NCBI RefSeq assembly: GCF_036321535.1
Contig: NC_087436.1
Location: forward strand, 87,236,001-87,300,000
Source of the DNA: Camelus dromedarius
Taxonomy: Eukaryota
Length of the DNA stretch: 64,000 nucleotides
Direction of reading: 5' to 3'
Shown here: positions 24,493 to 37,439 of the stretch, in pieces
How the letters are laid out: every line of letters starts with the position of its first letter
Numbering within the stretch: the first letter of the stretch is position 1
Program-made: the position numbers and the translations under genes
Notes under the pieces: generated by a model
The model's database searches: none
Seen by the model: the letters and a program-made list of their open reading frames with translations, nothing else
Told to the model about the DNA's origin: nothing

Positions 24493-27400
24493 AGCATAAT
24501 TTTATCCTCACCCCCCTCCACCTCCCACTTCTCCCTATTGGATTATTTGAAACAAATCTTAGAAACCGTCTGATCCATTTGTAAATGTTTTAGAATGGAC
24601 AGTTGTTTAAAGAAGTTTAGCTCTAAAGGGGAGGTGAGAAAGAGGGTGGTAACTGGGGAGATGTGGGAAGATATGTGTGTGTGTTTTTAACATGACAGAC
24701 ACTGAGGCATACTCAGTTCAGCTGGGCAGGACCTAATGGTGCAGGAGAGATTGACCTTGGACAAGAGCGAGATCTCCAACACAGAGCTGGGCACATAGGT
24801 TTGAAGGTTTGGGTGTGTGAAATTAAGAGTATTCCTCTCTGCCAGTTTAATTTTTTTTTCTATTGAATGGGTGGCCAGTGAGAGGGACAGAGGGGTGTAA
24901 AGTTTTGAGGGGCTTGGGGAAGGTTGGAAATAGTCGCTGTGGAGTGAAGAGTAAGTGCACTGGCAAAACGCTGTTGGAAAGTGGGCACATTGAAGGTTGC
25001 TTGAATTTGGTGAGTCCTAGTGCATGCGGTCAGCTTGGGGTGCAACTTCGCCCCCAGCATTGCCCCTCTGTCTGGGTGTAGGTTCGATGAAGGTGGATAA
25101 TTTGGTTCCCACTGGGTTGGTTTTTTGCCAAGTGGTGTGACCAAAGGACAGGATAAAGGTGTTTCTAGGAGCACCTGAAATTATGATCCCCAGACTCTAG
25201 GCTGAATGAGAAAGGAGAGGATGAGAGATCTCAGCGAGTTAAGTGTGGCTGTAATGGAGCAAAGCCGGCAGGCAGAGCCCAGCCTGGCTGGGTTTTGGGA
25301 TGGTGACCAGGCCCAGGTTGTGTCTTTGGGAGTGGGTAGCTGGAGTGGAGTGGAAGATAAAAAAGTGGAGAGGGATAAAGGCAGCTGAAAAAGAGGACAT
25401 GGGATCACTGAGCGAGCAGGATGTGGGAAGATGCTGCCACGTGGAGCACCCAAAGTGAGGACAGGAGATGGGGTGGAGAACTAGGCCGTCTGTGAATTGC
25501 AGGTCAGACCAGAAGAGGAGAAAGGAAGGGGTTTGTACAGTGCTGGGAGGCAGAGGGCGCAGAAGGCAGGTATTTTGACTGGAGGGTGAAGGTGCAGTGG
25601 TCTGGAAGCTGCTCTGAGGATCAGAGTCCGGCTGACCTCCTCTCCTGACCCTGCTAGAACTGGTGTGCGCTGAGCAAGAAGATGAGCACGCCTGACCTGA
25701 AGGGTGGCAGGAAGTGTGGACCTCAGGGAAGAGCCAGGTTTCACCGAAGACACCGTTAGCTCACTCTCTTTCCCCGAGCTGTCCTGTGGGTGCTCCCGCA
25801 CTGCCTTCGTGGTCCCTGCCTCTTGTCCAGGGTGCTCCTCTTCATCACTTGCCCCTGGGTCACCGTACTTGGCATGAGTCATAACTAGCCACCCCCACCA
25901 ACTGCCTCTTCAGTGGGAAAATATTAAGATAGGTAGAAAAAAGCAGACTCCACCCAAGAATTCCCACATAGCAAAAATCATGGATTGAATACATGGCTAC
26001 CTCATAAAGAAAGATTTAATGAAATCTGTCTCATGTGCTATGTATACTTTTATATCTGACATCCCTCCTGGGCTCGAAGCCATATATTCTAATGCTGCTT
26101 CAAAAGTGGCTATGGATGTATTTAATACACATTATTGACATCGATTTATGACTGAGGTGTAGCTTTGTTGAAAAATTTTAGTGATTTTTGTCTATACCAT
26201 AAAATCCTGCTTTCTTTAAGTATTATTTTTAAAAATTCAGCCTTGTATATGGAGTCACATTATTTTGAAGGCAACAAAAACTACACACACACACACACAC
26301 ACAAGAAAAGATAGTGAACACTGTAGTGCACACAGATGACCACCGAACTCAAAGTCTCTGATGTTGAGGAAAGGAATTTCGATTGGTGAAACAATGTAAT
26401 GGACCTGGAAAACAAGTGGAAACAAAAGAGATTATGATAAGAGGGTGGAATGTGCTATTTCTGCTGGGGTTCTGTTTGCTTAGAATTGAGTTATTCTGCA
26501 TTTAATGTTTGCTTTTGACACATGACCATTTTGACCAGTTCTCAGCCTGCTTTTTGGCCATTTCTTTCTTTGATGGGAGATTCTAATTCTGTGAGCCCAG
26601 AGTAAGTAGCAGCAGCAGATTCTTTTTTTTTTTTTTTAAGTAAAACATAGTAGTCTCTTTCTTTTTAAAACACCTGTCTCCCAGATCTTTGAGGTTCTAT
26701 GAACAGTGAGTCTTCTGCGATTGCCTGAGAACGTGAGAAGGCTGTAGAAGGATGGTGGAGCCACCGGTCCACGTGGGCCTGGCCCTCCCCACCCCCATAC
26801 CTGGTTGGACTGAACTTTGGTCACTTTTCCTTGTCCCAGCAGACTGACTCATCCAGGCCTTGGGGGGAAATGGCACTCTGTGTGGATCACCAGTGACCAC
26901 TTTGCCCTCAGCAGGGCTCAGTAAATGCTTTTGTTCAATAGGATTGCTCTGCATCACATCTGGTTAAGACCATGGGCTCCCAAGTCTGACTCCTGGGTTC
27001 AGGTTCTAGCTCTGCCACTTACTGACTGGCTGCCCATGGCCCTAGGGCAGATTCTTAACCATTCTAAGCCTTAAGTCTCTGTCTGTTAAATGGGGATTAT
27101 GATAGTGCTTACCTAATGGTATTGTTGTGAGAATAAACAGTGCAGCTCCTGGCACACAGTGGGAGTACCCAGTAACTTCTTATCATGTTGGAGAGTTGAA
27201 CTGGGGTTCATATGGCTTACCAACTTGATCCGTTTGGGGACTGTTAGGTTTTACATTGTGTTTCTCCATTATTCACAATATTTCTTGGAGATCTCACAGT
27301 TCCCTGACCCCCCTATTTAAATTGAGCTCCAACTGTCTACCCTCCACACTTCCTCCCTCCTCTCCTCCCCTCCACTCCCTGCTCCCTGCAGTCCCACCCT

Positions 27401-27938
27401 CGTTTCCTGCTTTGTTTTTCTTCCCTGCACTTAGCACCTTCCAACCTGCCGTCCACTGTGCTTGCTTTTTCTTTCCGGCTGTCTTTGCTCTTCTGTTGTC
27501 AGAGCCTAGAGTGGTGCCTGGCACATAGTGGGTGCACGATGGATAAACCTCTATCAGAATGATGCCATTGACCTTGAAAATGGTGGTATGATTCTGTACA
27601 CCACCGAGTAGTATAAAAGCTTAGAATGTTTTATTCGGAAGTTCTGAGCGATAGTCTGCTTATCTGCCTGTCCCAAACCTCCTTTCCTGACAGAAGATAG
27701 TTGAAGCTGGGTAGGACAAGTTCGAGGGAGTGACGAAGTTGGATGAGGAGAGAAATAGGCTGGCCTTACTACCTCATCTACTGGTGTACTTCTGACACCT
27801 GTTCTTTCAGCAGGACCATCACCAAACCCTGTGGCGACCAGAGGGGATGCTGGTCTCCATAGTGGACTCTCTCAAGTATCATTTTGCTTTCTTGTCTATT
27901 TTACACACAACAGAACTTTTGTTGTTTTTCTCTCTTAG

Positions 27939-28019
27939 GGCACCAATGCCTCTGCTCTGGAAAAAGACATTGGTCCAGAGCAGTTTCCAATCAATGAACA
28001 CTACTTCGGATTGGTCAAT
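27939..28019 (+). CDS. USP46: USP46 coding exon 2 (GTNASALEK...FGLVN)
   Basis: Polypyrimidine tract + tag acceptor; donor gtaagt at 28020; 81 nt. Confidence 0.96.
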
Positions 28020-28849
28020 GTAAGTATTTTAAAATGTACTATTTTAATCTAATGTTTCAGAGCTCTTGAAGCAACTGCACTGCCATTTTCATCATTTGCA
28101 AGTTTTAAATAATTGTTCATGCTCCTTAGTTCTAAGAAGTGGCAAATATTGGGGTGGGGGAGATTGAGACCTGTTTTTGAAGGTATGAGTTGCCCCAGAA
28201 AAAAGATTTAATTATTGCATTAGTAGGCCAGGTTCTCTCCTCCTCCCCCAACCCCACTTTTAAAGGATTTCCTTTGCATGTGTAACTTTCAAAGCGATAT
28301 TAATAGCCTTTGTAGCGATATCTGCTTTTACACATTCTCCCTTTACAATTGGATGGGCTCCTGGGAAGTCTCTGTTTCAGTATGCATCCGTTCAGCCAGA
28401 GGATTGAAAGTGTTACCAGCTCACCACTGTTCAACAGCAGCACTTGGTGGTGGTATTTGAAGCTTGATTAGGTTGTGGTGGGGGTGGGAAACTGGGACCA
28501 GTTTACCTTGAAATCCCTTGGCCTCATTTTACTTGTGCTCAGCAATGGTCCCCTTGTATGTGGCCAGACTTCCCAGGCTCTGTGTCCTTGACAAGTTGAT
28601 TATGACCAAGTAGTAAGGCAGTATTACCCAACACCCCCCGAACGTCCTCACCTGATCCTTTCTCTCTGGGGTGGAGGATTTAAGTGACATCTAGTGTTAA
28701 CTCATAAGCAGTTAGTTTTCTGGAACAACTGCTTTGAGCGTCCTCTGTCAGAGCCCAGGTGTGATAGGTTGTAATTTCCACTGGAGAAGCTGGAAATATT
28801 CTCTGTGAGTGAATGCTGCCTATGGTATAATAGGGTGGACGTTGGCTTC

Positions 28850-29070
28850 AAAGGAATACAGACCTGAGTCTGAATTCTGCCTATGCTGTTCACTAGCTGT
28901 GTGACGTTGGGCAGTCACTTGACCTCTCTGAGCCTTCATTTCCTCCTCTGTAAAATGGAGATCATAACGGTGTCTACATCTTGGGTTATAATGAAGGAGC
29001 CATGAGAGCACCTATTGAAGATCCTGACATGAGGCTGAGGCACATTGTGGACACTCAGTAAAAGTTAGCT
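28850..29070. mobile_element. MIR
   Basis: cactagctgtgtgacgttgggcagtcacttgacctctctgagcctt.atttcctc.tctgtaaaatggag. Confidence 0.8.
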
Positions 29071-30510
29071 CCTTTTCTTTCCCAGGAGTTATCCCCTGGC
29101 CCAGGGCCAAATGTCAATAAAGGGTGTCTGGGTAGAGGTGAGGTACAGAGTAAAAGAGATAAGAATGGGAGGAGGAAGGCTAACGTACTGGCATATAGGG
29201 CATTATATTGGTGACTAATACTGACTTCTAATTTTAATACCATTTTTTTTAGTCATTGTGCAAAGGCCTCAAGCTTAAGCTCTACAAAGATAGTTATTCA
29301 GGTTGTGGGAATTCTGCCTCGTCTAGGGAAAAGACAGTGCAGACTGTGGAGGGAAAAAGAATAAAGGCCATGTCCTAGTCTGTGGAAGCGTTGTGAGAGC
29401 TAAACTTACTAATAATTTCATTTATGTTTACTTCGAATGGTAATTCTTGAAAGTTCCAGCTTCTCCTTAAAAAGAGGTTTGTCTCATTACATAATTGTGT
29501 CAAAGTAGATTAAAATGTATAAAAATAGGAAGTGTTCTGTCTTAGCATACGTGGAAATGTCACACTAAGCATGGCGGTGCATCTGCCACGCTCTTGGGCA
29601 AACGACACACAAGCCGACAACCAGTCTTGAGAAGATGTTCATGTTCTATTTTAATCTTACACAGCATTTCGTCATCTGTGTTATTAATCTTGTGATTTCC
29701 TTAGACTGTTTTCATTTTAGTGTGTATGAAAAATTCTAAAATGAATGTCTCAGCTCCGTGTGCTCCCACAGGATTGGTTTTATAGTGGGTTGAAAACCAG
29801 TGAGATGGTGACTTTTTCCCTCATTAATCATAATCTTGAATATCCAGGGCATTTGAGAGTTGCAAAATCTTACTGCGTGGGCCCTCATCTGATTGCAGGA
29901 GACCAGGAACTGGGTAGTACTGTAGTGGGACAGTTGCCACCTTAGCAGAAACAAGATTGCTCTGGAGAAGGTGAGGGGATGCGGTCTGAAGCCAGTGGCA
30001 GGGGTGCTAGGATCCTGAAAGAGAGAAACCGAAACAAGTCCCCATTCAGTTAAGGCTGTTGTAGCGGAGAAAGTGGTGCCTAGTTCCCCGGGTTTCTTCC
30101 TGATTGGGATTTTTATTTTCCCTGCCGTAGTTCTGATGTGTAGCAACGTGACATCTTGTGTGTAGCCAGCTGCTTTTCTGGGTCTCCATATTACGCTGGG
30201 TTTTTTTGTCTTCTTCAGAATCTCCCTCTTTTTTAAGCACCAGAAGTTCTCATTAGATTTTTTGAAATCAAGGTTGAGTGCTTCACATCATTTTAGAGAC
30301 GTTTATGGGCTGGAGAGCTGCCAGGCTTGCGTACTTGTATTCATTTCTGTGGTGCTCAGGTGGGCACTGGTGGTCAGAGTGACTTACTTGTCTTCTAACA
30401 AAGACGGGGGAACCTGGGCGGGTCCCCAGAGGGTGGCCTTCTCCCTCTCCCGACCGGGTCCAGAGCGGCCCCGGACCCTGATGCGAACCGTCCCTGTTGT
30501 CCTTCCGCAG

Positions 30511-30724
30511 TTCGGAAACACATGCTACTGTAACTCCGTGCTCCAGGCCTTGTACTTCTGCCGGCCGTTCCGGGAGAATGTGCTGGCGTACAAAGCCCAG
30601 CAAAAGAAGAAGGAAAACCTGCTGACCTGCCTGGCAGACCTTTTCCACAGCATCGCCACGCAGAAGAAGAAGGTTGGCGTGATCCCACCAAAGAAGTTCA
30701 TTTCGAGGCTGAGAAAAGAAAATG
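30511..30724 (+). CDS. USP46: USP46 coding exon 3 (Cys box, catalytic Cys44 TGC 30523-30525)
   Basis: [18 protein letters not shown] Cys-box; cag acceptor, gtgagt donor; 214 nt. Confidence 0.97.
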
Positions 30725-32142
30725 GTGAGTAGTGTGGAGACAGAGCTGTTTCGGGCTCTGAAATAAGGAGAATCGACAGTTCTGTGTCCTCAGAATGAAT
30801 CTTTTTTTTTTTTTTTTTTTTTTAATGGGAAAATAGTACGGCCAACTACTCAAATACCATTTTTTTTTTTAAAGAAAAGATAGTTCTCCTTTCCCACCCA
30901 GTATATCAAACAAAAGTGGATAAAAAATATACTTAAAATTTTGGATTTATCATCGCATTTTGGAATGATCTTTTTATTTGCTCCACACTGGGAGGAGTTT
31001 TTTGGGGGGAGGGTCATTGGAAGAGGAAAGATTGCCCAAGGCAGGACACTGATTATAAAAATAGGTTGATGCAATAATTGAATAAAACAGTACTATCTTC
31101 TCAACTTGTCATAAGTGATTAAAGTAAATGTGTATTATCCAATCGGAGCCTCTGCTGATTTACAAATAATACCTCTGATTTTTATTTGCCAGAGACAATT
31201 GAAGGATATCAGATTGATATTTTTATATGATAAAAATGACCTACTGTCAACTGATTTTCTTCTGTTTTTTCCTATCTCCTTTTTTGCGGAGAAGGGGTGG
31301 TAGAGCCTGGGTTCTTCCAGGAGTTTTGCCTGGGTAATTTTTATGACCATACACATGTTTGACACGGCGACTTCTGCTTATTCTGAGTTGCAGCCCTGTT
31401 GCAACAGACTGGCACAGTTAACCAGCTGTTTGTTTTATAAAGTCTCATTTAATTTGATTGCTCTCTTTTAAAGTTGTAGTTTATACATACCAGAATAAAA
31501 ATGATCTGGGAAGGAAGCAGAGCGCTCCTGAGTCTCCTTGTGACTGTGATTAATAATGAAGGTTCGCAGCTGCATTCGTCTCTCGATTGTCTGTCCTTAT
31601 GGTGGGGAAGAGCGGCAGGCTTCTGGAAGCTTTTGTATTTGGTTTCAGAACACTGTCAGACAGACAGATACATTTTCACACATAACCCTCATCTCCCTTG
31701 TGTGTTTCATTTAAGCTGCTTCCAGCCTGGTCCAGGGTTTAATATGATCTTTGGGAAGAGACCCTGTTGGTCTGAATAAATTACAAAATGAATAATTGAT
31801 CATTGGTGGTCACATCATATTAAATATTGATATTTTATCAGGGAGCTTATCAAGTAATACCTGCTATTTTTCTTTTCTTTTGTAGATCAAATGAAAATGT
31901 TTGTTGCTTTTTATATGATGACTTTTAGGGGAGATATAGGACATTTAGTTCTGGATGGGTGGTAAATGGAAATGAACAAAAATTTTTGAAAAGCTTACCC
32001 ATTGAAGTTGCAAAATAGAGATGAATATAGTCCACACCTGTCCACTCTTTCAATATGAATATTGAAGTGTGGTTTGTAAAATTAAGCATTTTCTTTGCTT
32101 TTCAAGAACCAGAGATTGAAATAATGACCTTCTCCCTTGCAG

Positions 32143-32372
32143 ATCTCTTTGATAACTACATGCAACAGGATGCTCACGAATTTTTAAATTATTTGCTAAA
32201 CACTATTGCGGACATCCTGCAGGAAGAGAAGAAACAGGAGAAACAAAATGGAAAGTTAAAAAATGGCAACATGAACGAACCTGCGGAAAATAATAAACCA
32301 GAACTCACCTGGGTCCATGAGATTTTTCAGGGAACGCTCACCAATGAAACTCGATGCTTGAACTGTGAAACT
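32143..32372 (+). CDS. USP46: USP46 coding exon 4 (QQDAHEFL box)
   Basis: [19 protein letters not shown]...RCLNCET; cag acceptor, gtaagc donor; 230 nt. Confidence 0.97.
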
Positions 32373-32994
32373 GTAAGCATCGGGAGGGCTTCCATGTAAT
32401 TTGCGTGTGCATATCTGTACCAGCGATGTGCATGCGTGCAGTGCCGTATCAGAGCACCTAGCAGTTGTCTTCAGTATATGCAGGCGATTCTGTGCATGTG
32501 TATGAACTTCAGGTGCAAATTTTCAGAAGCATGTCTCCACCCAAGATGTCTCAGCTGTCTAGAGGGATGAGGGAAAAAATATCTCAAAAACTAGATTGCT
32601 TTGCATCGTGGGCTAATTTTGAGGTCTACAAATTGAACTAGTAAACTGGACCACTACCAGTTATCTTGAAAAGATTTTGGCCACAAGGAGATCTGTGTGA
32701 CTTAGAACAGACCATCTCCCCAACTTAAATCAGCTGTGGTATGGTGAACTTGAAGTCAGAAGACAGGCTTGACTTCTGATTCTCCAACACTCAGCCAGGT
32801 GTTCGGGATGGTCCCCTACAGATGCTGTTGTGAGGGTAGGGTGAGCTGTGTGTCTGGGTGAGTCTGGCTCATGGTAGGCATTTAGTGCTAGCTGAGTTAG
32901 AGGAGGTTTTATAGAGCCGGATTGAGAATGTTGCGTTGGCTTCATTTGATTTAACTCTAATGAGTGGCCTCCTCATGTGGTAATTGAAAGGCCA

Positions 32995-33230
32995 GCTCTA
33001 GAGCCAGGCTGCTAAGTTTGTATGCTGGCTCTGCCAGTCAACCGAAAAAATCAGCAGCTATGGGACTTTGTGCAAATTATTCAGTCTCTCTGTCCCCACT
33101 CCTCATCTGTGAACTGGGGGTGATCAGATCACCTATCCCCTAGGGTTGCTGGGAGGATTAAATGAGTTAACACTTGGAAAGCACTTAGGAACATGCTTGG
33201 CACATACCAAGTATGCAATAAAAGTCAGCT
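32995..33230. mobile_element. MIR
   Basis: cctcatctgtgaactgggg...acctatcccctagggttg...gaggattaaatgagttaa...aagcacttag. Confidence 0.75.
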
Positions 33231-35588
33231 ATTATTATTTATTATAACTGCTAATAATATAGAAAGTATGGGTTCATCTGGGGTTTCAGAGTTTTTTTTA
33301 ACATTGTATGAAAAATCCTGTAGGATTGTGCATTTTTCTGGGGAGACAGTAGCTTTCATCAGATTCTGCAAAGGGACTGGGACCCAGAAATGGTTAAGAA
33401 ATGTGATTTAAGTGGGAAGCTCTTTGTTTTTTGGCAGTCTTCTGTCCTTTTAAACAGTTTTTGAACATTCTGATTTGTTCACTGTAGAAACAATTACAAA
33501 ACATAGCTAAGCCAGAAGAGACTGAAAGTTCCCAGTGATCTCCCCACCCGGAGATGATAAATTTGTACCATTTTCTAAAAATTGTGATCACGTTATCCCA
33601 GAGATAACCATTTAAACACTTTGAAATATATCCTGCCAAAACATTTTCTATACATACGTATCTATCTAGAGGTCTCTTCTCCCTCCCTTTCTCCTTCTGT
33701 TCCTTTATATTTTACATTCCAGTAAAATTCAAATGAATACAGAAGTAGAGACAATACTGTAATCAAACCCATGTGAGTATTACTTGGGATCAGTGATTGT
33801 TAACACACTGGTCCATCTCCATCATCTTTCCTTTTGAGCATCCCCCACCACCACTGTCACCAAACTGGTCTGTATTTAGGCAAATCCCAGGTAACATCAT
33901 TTCATTTGTAATTTTTTCATTACTTTGTTATATATCTCTAAATGGTAAGGAATCTTTTAAAAAAAAATTGGTACGATACCATTATCACACCTAAAAATAG
34001 TTCTTTTAAATCATTTTTCACTTAATGTTCAAGTTTCTCTGATAATATCTTTTTTTTTTTTTTTTTTTGAGCAGCATTAGTTCAAATCTGGATCCAAACA
34101 TGGTCCACACTTCACATTTGGTCAGTATCTGTCTTAATCTTTAGGTTACTACCCCTCCTGTTTTTCCCCTTGCAATTTAGTTGTTGAAGAAATCAGGTTG
34201 TTTGTCCTAAGGAATTTCCCACATTCTGGAAGCATCCTGTGGTGCTGAACATGTGCAGTAAAATGACAGTACTTTTCTCCTGTCCTACTCTTTGCTTCTA
34301 CTTAACCCACCTATTTATAGTCTTTTTTTTTTCTCTTGGCTTTATTTGTATCAATGAAACATTTTTCTTTCTTTCTTTTTTGACATCTATTATTTTGTTA
34401 GTTTCAAATTCTTCTAGAGGTTATGCCAGAGACTACAACACGCATCCTTAACTTGGTTTGGTTTTTTACGACTTTCCCAGCAATGCTAAAACCTTTGAAA
34501 CCCTTCATCTCCTCTTTCTTCTTTTGTTTTAAACCTCATGAGTTTTAACATTTTATGTGTTTTAACCCATTGCAGTTTTCTCTTCTTTTTGATACTGAAT
34601 TTATTTTTAGAAAAGTTCATATACTTTTAAGCATCAGAATTAGGACTGTATTGTAAATAGTGTAATTTGCAGATTTGCAGTCTTTTTTCTCTCTTCCCTT
34701 CTTTTAATAAAGGAGTATTCCCTGGCACCATTCTCACCTTACCTCTAGTGTCTGCTCTATCACCAAGTCCTGTCTATTGTATCTCTCTTTAATCCTCTGC
34801 TTCTCTGGGTCCCAATGCTCCCACCCTAGCTGGGGCCAACCGTCACTACTTTATCCTATACATCTGTCCCATGCCAATTTAACTTTCAGAGCAGTCAGAA
34901 GAACCTAGGTGGGTAGAAGAACCCATCAGCCCTTGCCTGGCAGTCTCCGCTAAACCACTGCAGTAACTTCCTACTGGATTTTCTGGGTTTTTCCTCCTCC
35001 TGTGTGGGACTCTCCCACCCAAAGTACAGTAGTAGCCTCCAGTTTCTCTCTCTTCTTGGGGAGAATTTCTTGTGTAAGAATTATCTTTGAATTATCTGTT
35101 CTTCAAATGTTTGGTAGAACTAGAAACTTATATTTGCATCCCTTAAATAAATAGTTCAGTTTGTCTTGTTTTTTGATCTTTATGTGAATGGATCATACAG
35201 CATGTATTCTTTTGTGTCCTGTTTTTTTTTTTTTCGTCTCAGTGTCCCTTATGAGATTTACTTGTGTAGCTGCATGATGCTTTAGTTCTTTCATTGCTAT
35301 GTAGTATTCCATTGCCTGAATATACCACAATTCATGAATCCATTTTACTGTTGGTGGCTATTTGGTCATTTCCAATTTGGGGCAACTATGAACAATGCTG
35401 TGAATGTTCCAATACATATAATCTAGTGTACATAAGTCTAATTTCTCTAGGATACAGAAAAGTAAATTTGTTAGGTAATAAGGTGTGCTTATCATTAAAC
35501 TCATTAGAAAAATACCAAATTCCCAAAGTGGTTGTACCATTTTATACACCCAGTGTATAAGCATTTTCATCTGTCCACATTCTTGTCT

Positions 35589-35730
35589 TCTTTTTTTTTT
35601 TTTTTTAACTTTTTTATGAGAGGGGAGGGGTGATTAGGTTTGTTTGTTTGTTTATGGAGGTGCTGGGGATTGAACCCAGGACCTTGCGCATGCTAAGCAC
35701 CCACTCTACCGCTGAGCTATACCCTCCCCT
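35589..35730 (-). mobile_element. tRNA-derived SINE (camelid vic-1-like)
   Basis: Reverse strand reads GGGGAGGGTATAGCTCAGCGGTAGAG...GGTTCAATCCCCAG; poly-T; TSD ccacattcttgtct/ccacatccttgcct. Confidence 0.9.
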
Positions 35731-37439
35731 CCTCATTTAGCCACATCCTTGCCTATGCCCACTATTCTCAGATGTCTTCACTTTGGTAATACAGTGGCTG
35801 TATAGATGAGAACTCTTTTATTCTGTAAATATGTTTCTTACTTTGTTTTTCCACATCTGCATGTAAAGGTACAGACACCGAGAATGCAGTGAGAGCCTTG
35901 CCTTTCTGGAACTTTCAGTATGGAAGACAGACACTTACAACAAAATGAATAATTGGTTTTGTAACTACAATTGCAAAATGCTGTGAAGGAGTGTGGAGAG
36001 AACCCTGTGAGCTTATGATACAGGAACCAGACAATGGGGTATCACCTCTCTACATTTAGCCAGGAAACCTGCCCAGACTGGACAGCTGGTCTAATCCTTT
36101 TAGTTATCTTTGAAATTAACAGTTACTAAATCCATCTTGTGGTACTCTGTGTGGATTTTCAGATAATAGGCTCAGTTGCATTTGTAGTTTCTTTTTTTGT
36201 CTATGAACAGGTCAGTTGATCCCAGCAAATGCAGACATTGCACCCCCCAGATAATTGTATTGCAGAAGCTGTTACCCCACCCTGTGATTTCAAGGAGAGT
36301 TACTGTGAATTGAAAGTCTGTGTGCCAAGATTCCTCCCAAACTTCTGGGTCATACTGTAGAGTTTGTCAGAGTGGGATTCCAACCATTTATGCTAGGTTT
36401 GTGGAAGAGAATTGGAATGTGTGGGTGTGTCTTTATGGAAGAGGGTGCTTCCTGAAAAACCTGCATTTTTTTTGTCCCCTGAAATGATTAGATTTGTGGC
36501 AAGAATGTTACACCCCAACCCCCCAGAATTAGTTGGATAATCACCTCCATTTTCTTAGATCCTTTAACTGGATGGGAGTCACCTAATCCTTTCTCTACCA
36601 ATGCCTGAGTCCCTTCTGTGATGTCCTAGCCAGTCGGTCACCAGCATCTGCTGGATCCCATCCAGGGAGAGGGAACTCAATCTCCCGAAGTGATGTGCTC
36701 CATTTTTAGAAAGCTCTAATTGTTGGAAAGCCCTCTACTTTCTAAGAAAATACATAGCCTGCGGGCTTTGTTGTTGTTACTGTAAAATGCTGATAACTTA
36801 GTATAAAAGAAGGAATAAGTTAGTTTTATTTCACAGATTGAGAAATACAGGACCTGCTTTGAGTAGCGTCCTCTGCCCAGGGCAAGCAGCCTTTACAGAG
36901 TGCTTCCGTCAGAATTGCCAGTACCATTAGTGAACTGTCACAGTGGGATTAAACTGTGCTAGATCTGGAGCGGCAAATTAGCCCCTGGGGAGCCTCTCTG
37001 TTGTGATGGCCTCAGCTGGTTGTTCCTCCAACTGTGCAAAACTCTTTGTGCCAGTCTTCATGCTTTCAGAAAACAACATTTTTTTTCCTTTTCCAGGGTC
37101 TCTCGCCCTTTGTAAATGTTGCTTGTGATTGCAGTGCAAATGTCAACTGAGGGGTTTATGGAGACGAATGGTTTCATTCTGCAGTAGTCTTGGAGAGACG
37201 ATTTTAAGGGGGCCATTCAGTCTGATTTTCCCAGATGACCTTGACCAAGGCATTTTAGAACTGAGGCGTGGGAATTTCCCAGTCTAGCCTCAGTGCTCCG
37301 TTGGTGGTTCTCTGCTTGAATCATAAGATTTGCTAGGCCAGTTGGAGCTTAATTTTGTTGTTGTTAATTTCTTCCCTTTCCATTTAAACTGAGTTTTTGC
37401 TTTGCAAATCTGTGGTTTTCAGAGATTCTCAGAGGCTTT

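Noticed and set aside
30262..30510. N-terminal extension of the exon 3 ORF as an alternative coding start
   Set aside because: Open frame runs through GC-rich intron up to a good acceptor; no supporting promoter or homology visible
35645..35730. tRNA-like sequence with A and B boxes
   Set aside because: Has a simple-repeat/A tail, TSD and two other copies in the window, so it is a SINE rather than a tRNA gene
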